Part shown: positions 13,020 to 23,901 of the stretch, piece after piece
Layout of the letters: every line of letters starts with the position of its first letter
Position numbering within the stretch: the stretch's first letter is position 1
Assembly: GCF_006345805.1 (NCBI RefSeq)
Contig: NW_021833274.1
Coordinates: forward strand, 1 to 64,000
DNA: 64,000 nucleotides
Direction: 5' to 3'
From: Octopus sinensis
Taxonomy: Eukaryota
The notes under the pieces: generated by a model
The model's database searches: none
The model's input: the letters and a program-made list of their open reading frames with translations, nothing else
Told to the model about the DNA's origin: nothing
Position numbers and translations under genes: made by a program

Positions 13020-13437
13020 GTTAAGAGAGTCGATTGTGGGGCAGATGAGTGCCATTTCTGCGGTATCCTCAAGTTTTTCTTTCCGTTGATGTGGTAGCTA
13101 TAAGACAGAATCAGAATGGTTGGGTAGACCGAGGCCACATACTCGTTTTTCTTTTTTCTGGGCTCTTCGGGGATCGGAAAGACAGAATTGACCAAATCTA
13201 TGGCAAAATACCTGTACGGAGACAAGAAAGCCTTCATTCGAATGAACATGTCTGAATTCCAGCATCAAAACGAAATGGCCAAGTTCATAGGGTCTCCTCG
13301 CGGGTACGTAGGTCACGAGGAGGGAGGACAGTTGACGAATCTACTAAAGGAGTCTCCTGATTCCGTCGTCCTCTTTGACGAAATAAAAAAGCCTCATCCT
13401 GACGTTCTGACTATAATGCTCCAATTATTCGACAAAG
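13020..13437 (+). pseudogene. CLPB: Metazoan mitochondrial CLPB/Skd3 AAA+ domain fragment; copy 2 at 60941-61358
   Basis: IVGQMSAISAVSS|TIRQxQNGW, LVFLF(+1)[11 protein letters not shown] (Walker A), [41 protein letters not shown] (Walker B). 25-nt intron; truncated by a pogo remnant. Confidence 0.88.
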
Positions 13438-13738
13438 TGAGTGTGTGGGGAATATTCGATAACTTCGGAATAATGTGGCATGGACAGTTGTCCATAATTA
13501 TAAATATTTTTCTCCCACAGCATTTTATTTGATTATCCAACCCCTTTATCCAATTTTGAAATATCATTGATGTCATCCATGATTTGGTATTAAATCTGTA
13601 ATCAGAATATAAATGATAATTGAAGCATTTGAAACAACGCGGATTATTAGATTTTCCAATCACAAGGGACGGTGTTTTTTGGTCCCATCTGAATTAAAAC
13701 TTGAAAAAATTGTAATTCTTTCTTCCTGTAATATTTCA

Positions 13739-15199
13739 TGTGACAGTCCGAATAAAATACACGCCGAATAATCTACACTTGTCACAAATGGCTGAAAAAA
13801 TTAGAAATCTAAAAATTAGTATGAACAAAATCAATAATTGATTATTTATTTTAGTAGAATCACATTATTATTTTTTATTTAAAAAAGCGTGAAACATGCG
13901 TGTAGTGAGATTATTTAAGGAAACACTGGACAAAATCAAAGAAATGAAAGACTCCAACTTTGATACATCGTCAATCGAGCGGCATGAGCGATACAGGCTC
14001 ACAAAATTGGGAAAGAATTTCCATTTTGAAAATGGAAAAACATATTTTCGAAAAAATGGGCTTAAATTGCGTTTTTTCTGTGAAGATGAAATCGAATTAA
14101 AGCTTAAGTGCGTTGAGGTCCAACTTAATAAATAAAATTTAGGCGGAACATAACTATAACCACTTTGGGAGAGACCGGCTTTTTTCGAAATTAAGAAATC
14201 TCTATTATGGATTGAATAGAGAAGAAATCTCTAAGGTGATTTCGAATTGTGCTTTCTGTCAGGTAATAACTCCTTTTAGTAAATATTCTTAGTCGAAAAA
14301 ATTATTGTCTACGAAGCCTCCGATTACGCCAATCATTGCAAGGAGATGTAGGGACAGATACATTGCGGATTTAATTGACCTCAGAAGATATTCGGCGTTG
14401 AATGATGGCTTTAGCTGGGTATGAATTTAATGTTAATAAATAGATTTTGGTAATTGTGGATTCTTTTTCCAAATATGTAATGCTTGAACTGTCGGTGACC
14501 AAATCTTCTGAAGAAATCGCAGATTTATTCCAAAGAATTTTTTATTATGTCGGGCCTCCGCTTATTCTACACACTGATAATGGAAGGGAATTTTGCAATT
14601 CGCAAATGGATGCTCTATGTACGAAATATGGTATAAAACATGTACGTGGGAGGCCTCGTGCTCCTTGGGTACAAGGGCAAGTCGAAAGGTTAATGATTTA
14701 AAATCGATTTGTAGATTTAATCAAAGCATAAAACGCTGGATATCGTCGGCAAGTTCTTCTCAAAATTGTTTTGGACGATATCGCGAATGCATAAAGGACA
14801 TCGTGTATGATTACAATAACAGCAAGAAATGATCTCTATGTTATCGAAAAGGAGGACGGTGAGCGGTTACACGGAATTCATATTTCTCGATTAGCTAAAA
14901 TTGATTAATTTTCATAAATCCATAATAAAAATAATTTTTTATTTAAATTAACGATAAATTTTATATGAAAATTTTATTAGGATAACCTAAAATGGAATAA
15001 CAATATTCAAACGTATAAGTTAACTGCGTAAATTGAGTGTGGTTGGTTTTGTTTATATAAATTAGTAAAAAAGGTTAATGAATTTTACATTAAAAATCAT
15101 ATTTTTAATAATAATTAAACATTTTGTTGTGTAAATTTTTAATTTCAGTAAAATTAAAGAATGTAATTATTCGGCGTGTATTTTATTCGGACTGTGACA
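13739..15199 (+). mobile_element. Ginger (Ginger2/Tdd-like) DNA transposon with intron-containing integrase; copy 2 at 61660-63120
   Basis: 34-bp TIRs TGTGACAGTCCGAATAAAATACACGCCGAATAAT, TGT...ACA ends and 5-bp TSD TTTCA. Confidence 0.92.
13896..14832 (+). CDS. Ginger integrase: spliced 276-aa open frame with HHCC zinc finger and DDE core; C-terminal part deleted or frameshifted
   Basis: Introns 14118-14142, 14263-14292, 14419-14443 and 14689-14714. Motifs EHNYNH...CAFC, YIADLID, LHTDNGREF, QGQVERFN. Confidence 0.85.
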
Positions 15200-15949
15200 T
15201 TTCATCATTCAAAACAATATTTTTAGACCTTTTGTTTACAAACCAAATCCAAAGAGCTCCCTCCAGATCCAAATTCTTCACAGATTTAGTGCGCTTAGCT
15301 TTTGAGTTATAATCATCCAAGTTTTATCTGTGTCGTAGTATTTCACAAACAGTCTTTCTTTGGACAGATAGTCTCCATATTTTTGAGAAGTGATCAGCAA
15401 TTTCCTAATGCGATTTATGTTTATTATTGTTATAATATTCAATTATTTCGTTTTTATGCTTAAAATTAAGAGATAGTCTTCTACAGCTTTCACTATTTAC
15501 CATTCTGCAATTTAAGTGCTAAAATCACGTAACCTATAACCGGTTAAAAACAATAATAAATTATTGTAATTCATATGACTTAAAAATAATAATTAAAAAA
15601 TTTGAATGGCGTTATATCAGATAAGGCAAATAATTTGGCGTGGCAATAACTGAGTGGCGGGGTTTAGCATTATAAAGAGAAATTCAAAAAAGAACAAAAA
15701 ATGACGCGGCAATAAGCGGGGTGGCATTATAAGGGGATGGCATTATAGAGGAGTTTAAGTTTATTTGAAAAATTGGATTTTAAAGGAGACGTATGTGGAA
15801 TAAAAAATTAGATTATCAAAAAGATGAATTCTAATGATATCAATAAAATAATGAATTTCGATGATCATCTCATTTCACGTTTGATTATTTTTTGTTAATT
15901 GTCAGACTATATCGTGCGCAGTGTAATGACTATTTTCGATACAAAATCT

Positions 15950-16510
15950 TAAACGAAGATAAGAATTTTAAAGTGGATAATGTAAAATAGTATTTAATTG
16001 CGAATAAACAATGGATAAAATCATAAAAAATTATCTACGCACGAGACAAGAAAAGTGTTCCGACTAGATAATCAAAAATTCGACTAGATTTATGAGTCAA
16101 TCATCGAACAAATACTTGATGTCATAAACGGAAAAACTATTTCAAGAGATTGGTTCTACACAGGGGTGACATATCTTATTTCGAAGTGTAAAAACCCGGT
16201 GTCCCCAAAAGAGTTACGGCCTATAACATGTATGCCGTTTCTTTATAAATTAATGACCAAATGTGTAAACACTAAGTTTGGAAAGTTTGTAGAAGTTTTC
16301 GGCCATCTTTCTGAAAATCAACTGGGAACAAGTAAGCTATGCCAGTGGAAAAAGAACAAGCATTCGTGAATAGAGTTAAACAAAGCGAATGCTTTTTTAG
16401 CGTGGATCGACGCTAAAAAAGCATTTGATTTAATAGATCACGATTTTCTGATACAGATTTCGGAAATTATGATCTATTTGGATGGATTGTCAAGCTTTTT
16501 GAGTCGATGG
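15950..16510 (+). mobile_element. Degenerate R4/Dong-like RT fragment
   Basis: WFYTGVTYLISK...LRPITCMPFLYKLMTKCVN...SENQLGT...WIDAKKAFD; homologous to 37107-39329. Confidence 0.8.
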
Positions 16511-18035
16511 TCACCAGATAAAAAGTCAAACTAGGGCTATATGGCAAGTACATCAGATGGAGAGTCATCGAACAAAGCTAAAAGAAATAGGGAGAACCTC
16601 ATTATAAATAGATCTTTTTCAGCTGTGTTTATTTTTGAAGGGGGATTGTTGAGGATATTGATTACAGTCAGTTCGTTCAAGGATGGCTTTTTTATTATTT
16701 CTTTCATTTTCAATGGCTTTTTGTCAGTGAATGAGTTTAAAATACGAGAAGTAATTTGCAGTCACGCTGCATGTTGTGTTTTTGTGATGTTCATTCTTCT
16801 ATTGAAACTTAATCAAATATAAGACCCACTTATCTGGTCAGCATGAGCGCTCTAATGGAGTCACCAGATCTGGATCCACAAAAAAATTCCACAATAATCT
16901 CCCCGGGTAACACGGATACGTTTATAGAATTCACTGGTGAAACCCATCCACATCTATAATGTCGGAACATGGGAATTTTCTGATACGGATAATTTTAATC
17001 TTCACTCGGGAAATACACCAAACTATTTAGTATATTTATTTCAAATATAATTCCACACTGAAAATAGACATAAGATATACATTTACTTACAAAAATTAAA
17101 GATAATTTTTTTGTCACATATAAAAAAGTAAACCCATAAATCACTTCAGCAAGAGCCGAAATACGAATGACGTTTGACATCACCTGAGCACAAAAAACGA
17201 ATTAACTTTCAGCAAGACTCAGCTCATTCACAGACAATCCAAAAGAGATGATAGACCCCCCAAAACAGGTATATTCTCACCAACAAATCCCAAACCAAAT
17301 TTGAAAAGTGTGTCTCTATCCTTTAGTAACTACAACCTGAGTACAATTAGTACAATTGGGAGTAGTTTATACTAATTGAAATTATCAAAATAACAGCATA
17401 GAAATGCTCTTTGTAATAAATACGGATGTTAGATATTATTTTTTAGACTAGACTTCATTCGGATGTATATGGAAGCCAAGAGTTTATCTTCTTAGATTTA
17501 ATCTTTGAGATCGGTAGGACTATGATTTTTTGTGAGGAATGCGACTGATTTGGAAATAGTGTTCATTAGTCTGCTCAGGTTTTGTTTTTGTAAAATCCAT
17601 TCATTTTCATTGATTTTTTAGGATTTTATAACTTTTCTGCATTTTCCATAAACGAGAAAGGGGAAATTTCTTTGTCACCCCTGTTTTAAGTTGTGTGAGT
17701 TTTCTTCCTTGTAGTCTTCTTCTAAGTTTAGTACTATATAAAATTTTATTTTTATCAAGAACTGATATATAGACCCTAGATATAAATGACCAGTCAACAA
17801 AATTTATTAGAGGATTTGATTATGATAGTTCTTTAGTTCATAATATTCCCTCAATGAGAGTAAACATAATATCCGAGGATCTCTCTACCAAAAATCCGTT
17901 TTTCAAATTAGTAAATCGCAGGATACCACATTGATTTTTTGCCAGAAGTACTCAAAGTAAACTTTATAAACAAATTTAGACTTTTTTGTTTCTATTTAAT
18001 AAAATTTTATTTTTTTAATTTTTGTACAAAATTAT

Positions 18036-18832
18036 TGTGACCGGTTTTATTTTGGACCAGGTTTTATTTTGGACCTCTGAAATCTTCGATGTAATTAAAT
18101 CATGTGTTGAGTGCCTTTTTGTTACTAATAAGAGAACATAACTTTAACTTAAATTAGGATTTTAGTGTTAGGGTTAAAATTTTGTTTAGGGTTAAGGTTA
18201 AAATGTTTAGCGTTAAGGAGAAAATGTTTAGGGTTAGGGTTAAAAATTTGTTTAGGGTTAAGGTTAAAATTTTTAGGGTTAGGGTTAAAATGTTTAGGGT
18301 TAAGGAGAAAATGTTTAGAGTTAGGGTTAAAATGTTTAGGGTTAAGGATAAAATGTTCAGGGTTAGGGTTGAAATTTTGTTAGTTGAGATTAAGATTTTT
18401 ATAATTAAAATTAAATTAAGTTTTTTATCGTTTGGACAACTATTAAAAATAGGGGTTTTAAAATTAAATTAAAAATTAGGGTGTTTTAGAATTAGGATTT
18501 TGGGTGTTAGGGCTATTATTAGAATGTATATGTGTTAGGGTTATATTTTTAAAATTTTTAATTAATAGAATTATATTTAGTTTTTAATTTTTTTAGAATG
18601 GAAGACCAATTTTTAAATAAATATCGTAACGGCAACGCTGTAATTATCAAATTTGTTGATTGGTTGGGTTGTGCATACTTCCATTTTTTAAAAAACTAAA
18701 TGAAATCAAGAAAAAACTATACAAAAGTATAATTTAACATTAACTAATATATTTTTAGTGGAATAAAATTTTTATTATTGATTTTTTTTCTCGGTCCAAA
18801 ATAAAACCTGGTCCAAAATAAAACCTGTGACA
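18036..18832 (+). mobile_element. Non-autonomous Ginger-type element (MITE-like) carrying a TTAGGG minisatellite
   Basis: About 40-bp TIRs TGT(G/C)AC(C/A)GGTTTTATTTTGGACCAGGTTTTATTTTGGACC with 5-bp TSD ATTAT (18031-18035 and 18833-18837). No coding capacity. Confidence 0.9.
18165..18375 (+). repeat. Telomere-like minisatellite, about 21-nt unit TTTAGGGTTA(G/A)GGTTAAAATG; degenerate TTAGG units continue to about 18545
   Basis: About ten units with roughly a dozen perfect TTAGGG hexamers. Confidence 0.92.
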
Positions 18833-19744
18833 ATTATTTTTTTAAATTAGAATAAGATATTTAATATATTTGGCCACAAAAAAGATCAGGATAAAACCTA
18901 TTTATTATAACGTTAATTACTCTGGACAATATCTTTGCTTAAAATCTTGATAAAAAATGTTGAAAAGATTATTCCCATATTTATTGTCTTTTTTTACCGA
19001 GGTCGGACTGCTCAGACTCCCAATTGTAGTTTCTTGGTCTATCAGTAATAGTTCGCATGAATTAACATTTATTTGATTTCTTTAAATGAACAAATGAAAA
19101 TGTGGTTTTTTTGTTCGCCATTTCCTTTTTTATTACTTTGTTTGTATAGATTGTTCTTTCATTGTCATTAAGTGAGATTAAGTCGACTATTAATGATAAT
19201 AAAATAAATATAAACTTATTTTGTTTGAGCAAATCACACGATTTCTAATTTTTTTCCACAAATACGCAACATTACTCTTTCCTTTATTCTATTTTACCCA
19301 TAAACTTACAGCAACCATTTAGTTTAATTATGATGTCGTTCTAAATATTTTTATTTTAAAATCACATGTCGTAATTTATATTTGAAATAATATAAATAAT
19401 TCAATATCGTACTAAAAAAGATTAAGTCGTAATTGTGTTTGTTGTTGTTTCTTATTAAAAGATTTATATTCAAATTTAAAAATATTTATCCTTAAAAATT
19501 TTTTTTACATATCTCTGAAGTCAGTGTTTTGTGGTATATATTTTTAGTCAATTATTATGGAAATTAACCATCTGAATATTCTCAGAGTAAATGCTTCAAT
19601 CAGGCATGAATTCAAAACACCGTGAGTAGAAGAAATATGACCAACTCTTATTTGAATTTCTTGCTAAATCTTGTTAAGAGAGTTAGCATGCAGGTATAAT
19701 GGAGATTAGCTAAAAAATACGCATATATTAAAAATTCTATTATT

Positions 19745-20190
19745 ATTTATTATTATAGCACTTTCACGAAAGCCATAATGTTTATAGCCCCGCATGTGCA
19801 ACACTCAATGTAACGATATTTAAGGTTAGTTTTTTCCATTTTCCTCTGTCGTATGCGAGTGATCTCAATTCGTCCAGGTCGTCCCCCGTCTTTAGGTTTT
19901 TCCTCATTCGATTTAGGTTTTTGTTTAAGGCAGTTGGAAGTGTCGATCTAGGTCGTCCGCGGAAGGGTATGTCGCATCTGTCGAAGTAGTCTTCCATCGC
20001 TTTGTTAGCGGGTGCGTCCGGGTTCATTCTTAGTACATGCCTGAATAGCCTCCACCGGGCATCTACCACATTCCCGCTGATGCAGGAGCACATACACTTG
20101 TTGTAGATACCATTGGTTGATATTCGACGTGGTCACTCCATTCCGAGTAAGCTTCTTAGTTGCCTTCTATGGAATGTAAAAATTCTATTG
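19745..20190 (-). mobile_element. RTE-like LINE 3' fragment
   Basis: FHRRQLRSLLG...RWRLFRHVLRMNPDAPANKAM...FRGRPRSTL...W, followed by an ATA-rich tail. Confidence 0.7.
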
Positions 20191-20799
20191 AATTCTTAAA
20201 AATAAAAATTATAACCTTTTAATATAATTTTTTATAAAACTAATCAAATAAATTTTTCACATGTGCGTTTCGCAGTTTCGTTAGTTGTATTGACTGCAAC
20301 ATAATATGAGGCACTAAGAGGCATAACTTGATTTTTATGTTGTCATATGTCTCGTACATTTTCTAATGAGCTTTTTTGGAATTATGCGCAAATGATTACT
20401 TTTTTCCCCGACTGTTTCTTTGATGAGTCTTTCATATGATGCGCATTATATTAGGCAGAAATTATGAATCATATTTTTGTGATTTTTAGTAAGGCCTAAT
20501 GGCTAAAATTCTGAGATTTTGTTACGCCATTTCTTGCTGATGTATTTTTTAAAAGTCTCAGAAAGATAGAATCTTTCGAATCCCCATATAGGAAAATGTT
20601 TTTGCTACTTCTAAAAATAACTTGTTAATAACCACCTGGTTGTATCTGAGGGTATCTATAACAATCTAACGAGATAACTCGTTTGCTATCGGCGGTGTGG
20701 CCACTGGCGAATCCTATTTTCATTATTTTTTATCAATTAAATAAATTTTAAATAAAAAAACTTGTTAATACAGTAGAATATCCATTTAACAAAAAATTT

Positions 20800-21480
20800 T
20801 AATTGAAAATTTCAAACCACTCACCCTTAAACGGTTGAACGGTTAAATTCCAAAATGAGTTTGGAAAATATAAAGATTTTGTTTCTTTTAGAGCATGCAC
20901 CAGTCTACTATTTTGATGGAGAGTAGAGTAATATCGATTTGTATTTTCTTGCTGCAAAGACAACATCTAAGATTCTATTAATTTATCATGGGATTGTAAA
21001 TTCATTTAAATCGTCGTATAAAAAATGACTATAATTTTGAGTATGTAATAGAATAATTTGAGTATGGGAACAAGTATACAAACATTGTTATATACTGTTG
21101 AACTTACTAAATTAAAATTAGTGAATGTTCCACCTGTAATTATTGAGGCCTGGAACGAAGTCACAGTGGTAAGCTATTAAAGTGGCTGGAAATAATAATT
21201 TTAATATTCTAAAATCTTTAACATGGCTAAAGAAAGGAATATATTTGAGGCTGTGTTCTCTTATTCAAGACAGAAACAGTAATGAAAAACGTCTTCATTA
21301 CGAATTTTCCACTAAAAAAGTGGATTATTTTGAAACTTGATGTAATAGAATATTAAATTCGAATGACACGAGAAGGAATAATGAGATTGAAAGATGTATT
21401 GACATGTATTCATGTCAAAGATTTTGAACCAAAAAGTACCAAAAAATTGATAAATTACTATGCAGACAAAACCATGTAAA
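20800..21480 (+). mobile_element. Highly decayed pogo/Tigger DDE_1 remnant
   Basis: IKILFLLEHAPVY...NIDLYFLAAKTTSKI...GIVNSFKSSY. Confidence 0.55.
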
Positions 21481-21978
21481 AATTTATGAATTTTTTCGAA
21501 AAATCGACTCTGTTAGACCAGATAAATTAAGTTTTGTTAAAATGTTCAGAATCACGTCAAAAATCAACTAATTTACATTTCTCTAAAACGAAAAGTTATT
21601 TAAGTTGCCAAAATTAAAAAAGTTTTTCAAACCACGAGTTCGAAATCATGCATGCAGAGTGTTAACCTACAGCACTTGTTTATAAGTACTTGATGGTGTC
21701 TGCTTCAGGTACACTCTGGCATTTAAATAGCACCGAATGTGCTGCCTCTACGATAGTAGCCATCTGTAGTTTTTCTTGACATAACAGCCCTTAGAATCTA
21801 TGTTTTTATAGTATCTTATACTGACTGTTCTTTTATGTCATTGAAAAACTAAAAAATTCCAGTCGATTTTCAAGTGTATCAAAGTCAATTAATAATTTAA
21901 TAAAAATGAATTATTAATACCTCTACGACTCACTGTAAATCTGTAAATATAATTTCATGATGTAATAGGATGTTAAAT

Positions 21979-22250
21979 TCAGATTACAGCAGAAGGCATA
22001 ATACATCAGGTTTATTTGCGTGCATTTATGTTGGAGATTTTAAATGAAAAATTTAAGAAATTGAAAAATTACTTCGTGCACTGTATTATGTCAAATAGTT
22101 TCGCGGAAAGACGGGTCGATGCTACAATTAAGCTTAACAAAAATACAATATAATAAACCTGATATATTCTTGATTTCACCTCAATAGAAACTGTTTGATT
22201 CCCTCATTAAGGCAACCAAAAACAAGGGTTTTATAAAACATTGATTTCTA
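21979..22250 (+). mobile_element. R4/Dong-like RLE-domain remnant; first 58 bp duplicated at 22541-22598
   Basis: DYSRRHN...; RVDATIKLNKNTI...NKPDIFL, paralleling DYLRRHN...RVDTSIMTETKVQFNKPDIF in the 35824-36624 ORF. Confidence 0.5.
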
Positions 22251-22647
22251 AAAATCAAAAATCAATTTTAGAAAAATAATTAATAACAGTTTTCATCAAA
22301 TTAAGTCAAAAATCTTAAAATTTTTTAGCACAGTATCTATTGAAATGATCTCAGGAATAAAATGCGTAAAAATGTTTCTTCTCCGACTCATCAACAGAAT
22401 CTTGCGTTTTTCTTCCAATTGTTTTGAAATCATCGTTTCCTTAATTTTTGTTATAAAAATTATGGAAAAATTTTCCAATTCACACATTTAATATTTTGTG
22501 TACGACATTTTTTATTGTAAATTAGTTAATCTTACTTTACTCAGATTACAGCAGAAGGCATAATACATCAGGTTTATTTGCGTGCATTTATGTCGGAGAA
22601 AAACCAGCAGGTTGAATATTGAAAATAGTGTTCAAAAAATAAGGAAT

Positions 22648-23901
22648 ATGGTCAAGGAAAAGAAAGAAAAAATGGCCAAGAATAATCAAAATCTCTCATC
22701 AATCAAAGCTTGCTCCAAAGTTCAAAAACGAACAGCGGCAAAGCCACAGCCCTTTTGCGAACCCATCAAAGCTGAAGATCCCACAGAACTGCCGAAGTCT
22801 ACTGGGCCTCAAAAACAGAGTGAGACCCAATCCCATCAGACGAAAACTGAGCCTAACACCTCAAGCCTCACATATTCCCTGAGTATCGAAAACTCGACAC
22901 TTGGAAAGATCAAGAGGTTTAACCTCCTATCCAACTCGCCAACTGCCTCCAAAGCCCGGATAACTTTACAGAAGTCCGGCACCTTCATTCTAAAATTCAG
23001 ATCGCCCGAGGATGCTGCTGCTTTCAAAGCAGAGCTGTCTCAATCAAATATGTTTGGGGAAGGCGGCCATAAACTTGCCTCAGTAGCTGAGAAGGCCTCA
23101 GTCTTGGTCCTTAAAGGAATCCCTCATTGGATCTCGACAGAGGATCTTAACCTCCACTTGAGAGAAAGTCTAGAATCGGACTTCAAGTTCGAAAGATTCT
23201 CTCGCAATGGAACCGACATACCTGTCGGCAGACTCACGCTGGATTCCAGAGCCGAGGCCAACACCCTCATCCGCTTTGGAATAACTGCGGGCTTCAGCCA
23301 TATCCGCTGCGAATGGCACAAGCCGTCAGCAACGAGATGCTTCTGTTGCAATCAGTTTGGACATACGTCCTACAGATGCTCCGAAAAACTCCGTTGTCTC
23401 CTCTGTGGTAAAGAACACAGGCACCAAAACTGCCCGAGTTCCAAGCCCAAACCGAGTGTCCCAGCTGCAAAAACTTGCATTAACTGCAAGAACACTGGGC
23501 ACTTGGCGTGCTACGGTGGATGTCCGTCTGCCAAAGCAGCAACAGCAGCCTTAAGGGTTTCGAAGAGCCCACAGACTAAAAGCCCAGTACGCTGGGTAAA
23601 AGCCGAACGGATGGAATCAGTCTGGACAAAAGGGTCTCCCCAAAGTCCGTCGAAAGTCGATGTCTCTATTCAGACGTCGCCGGCCCTCAGGTCTCAAACA
23701 AGCTCGAAGTCAAACACTAATGAGTCCCATAACTCAGAAGTGGTCCGCTCGGCTCCCCCCCATAAGAAGGGAGAGGACCTACACAACAGAGATTCCCTAT
23801 TGGAATCCTTCTGCCGTTGGGTAGACACCCTGACCAAGGCTGGAGTAAGTTTGAATATGGTGCAAGAGCTCCTGCTAGAAAGGAGCAATTCACCAACATA
23901 G
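22648..23901 (+). CDS. LINE ORF1, gag-like nucleic-acid-binding protein
   Basis: Open frame with three zinc knuckles: CFCCNQFGHTSYRC, CLLCGKEHRHQNC, CINCKNTGHLACYGGC. Start codon uncertain (22648 or 22672). Confidence 0.88.
   Translation: MVKEKKEKMAKNNQNLSSIKACSKVQKRTAAKPQPFCEPIKAEDPTELPKSTGPQKQSETQSHQTKTEPNTSSLTYSLSIENSTLGKIKRFNLLSNSPTASKARITLQKSGTFILKFRSPEDAAAFKAELSQSNMFGEGGHKLASVAEKASVLVLKGIPHWISTEDLNLHLRESLESDFKFERFSRNGTDIPVGRLTLDSRAEANTLIRFGITAGFSHIRCEWHKPSATRCFCCNQFGHTSYRCSEKLRCLLCGKEHRHQNCPSSKPKPSVPAAKTCINCKNTGHLACYGGCPSAKAATAALRVSKSPQTKSPVRWVKAERMESVWTKGSPQSPSKVDVSIQTSPALRSQTSSKSNTNESHNSEVVRSAPPHKKGEDLHNRDSLLESFCRWVDTLTKAGVSLNMVQELLLERSNSPT

Larger units (their letters stand above)
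13440..15760 (-). mobile_element. pogo/Tigger remnant split by the Ginger insertion; copy 2 at +47921
   Basis: N-terminal EIADHFSK...RKTVCEILRH...LEGALWIWF at 15200-15420; DDE_1 part IGKSNNPRCF...WMTSMIF...IMDNCPCH at 13440-13738; TIR-like repeats at about 15640-15760. Confidence 0.75.
1..16079 (+). repeat. Copy 1 of a large direct segmental duplication (probably extends left of the window)
   Basis: Sequence and ORF track recur at offsets +47914, +47919, +47924 and +47921. Base 1 matches 47915 and base 16079 matches 64000. Confidence 0.97.

Noticed and set aside
12809-13249. 146-aa minus-strand ORF
   Set aside because: Antisense to the CLPB fragment, and its length differs between the duplicate copies.
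13020-13437. Bacterial ClpB or contaminant DNA
   Set aside because: Motifs match the animal Skd3-type CLPB and a spliceosomal intron is present.
16860-17340. Hydrophobic minus-strand ORF pieces with an intron-like GTAAG...TTTCAG
   Set aside because: No identifiable homology and no coherent gene model.
18165-18472. ORFs of repetitive LGLKCLG / FRVRVKM peptides
   Set aside because: Artefact of a 21-nt (multiple of 3) minisatellite lacking stops; not a credible protein.
18165-18545. True chromosome end or CRISPR-like array
   Set aside because: Internal, degenerate and bounded by TIRs and a TSD; no unique spacers and no cas genes.
22582-22647. ORF-track GTG start for LINE ORF1
   Set aside because: Lies in the duplicated 58-bp segment upstream of the element; downstream ATGs are more plausible.
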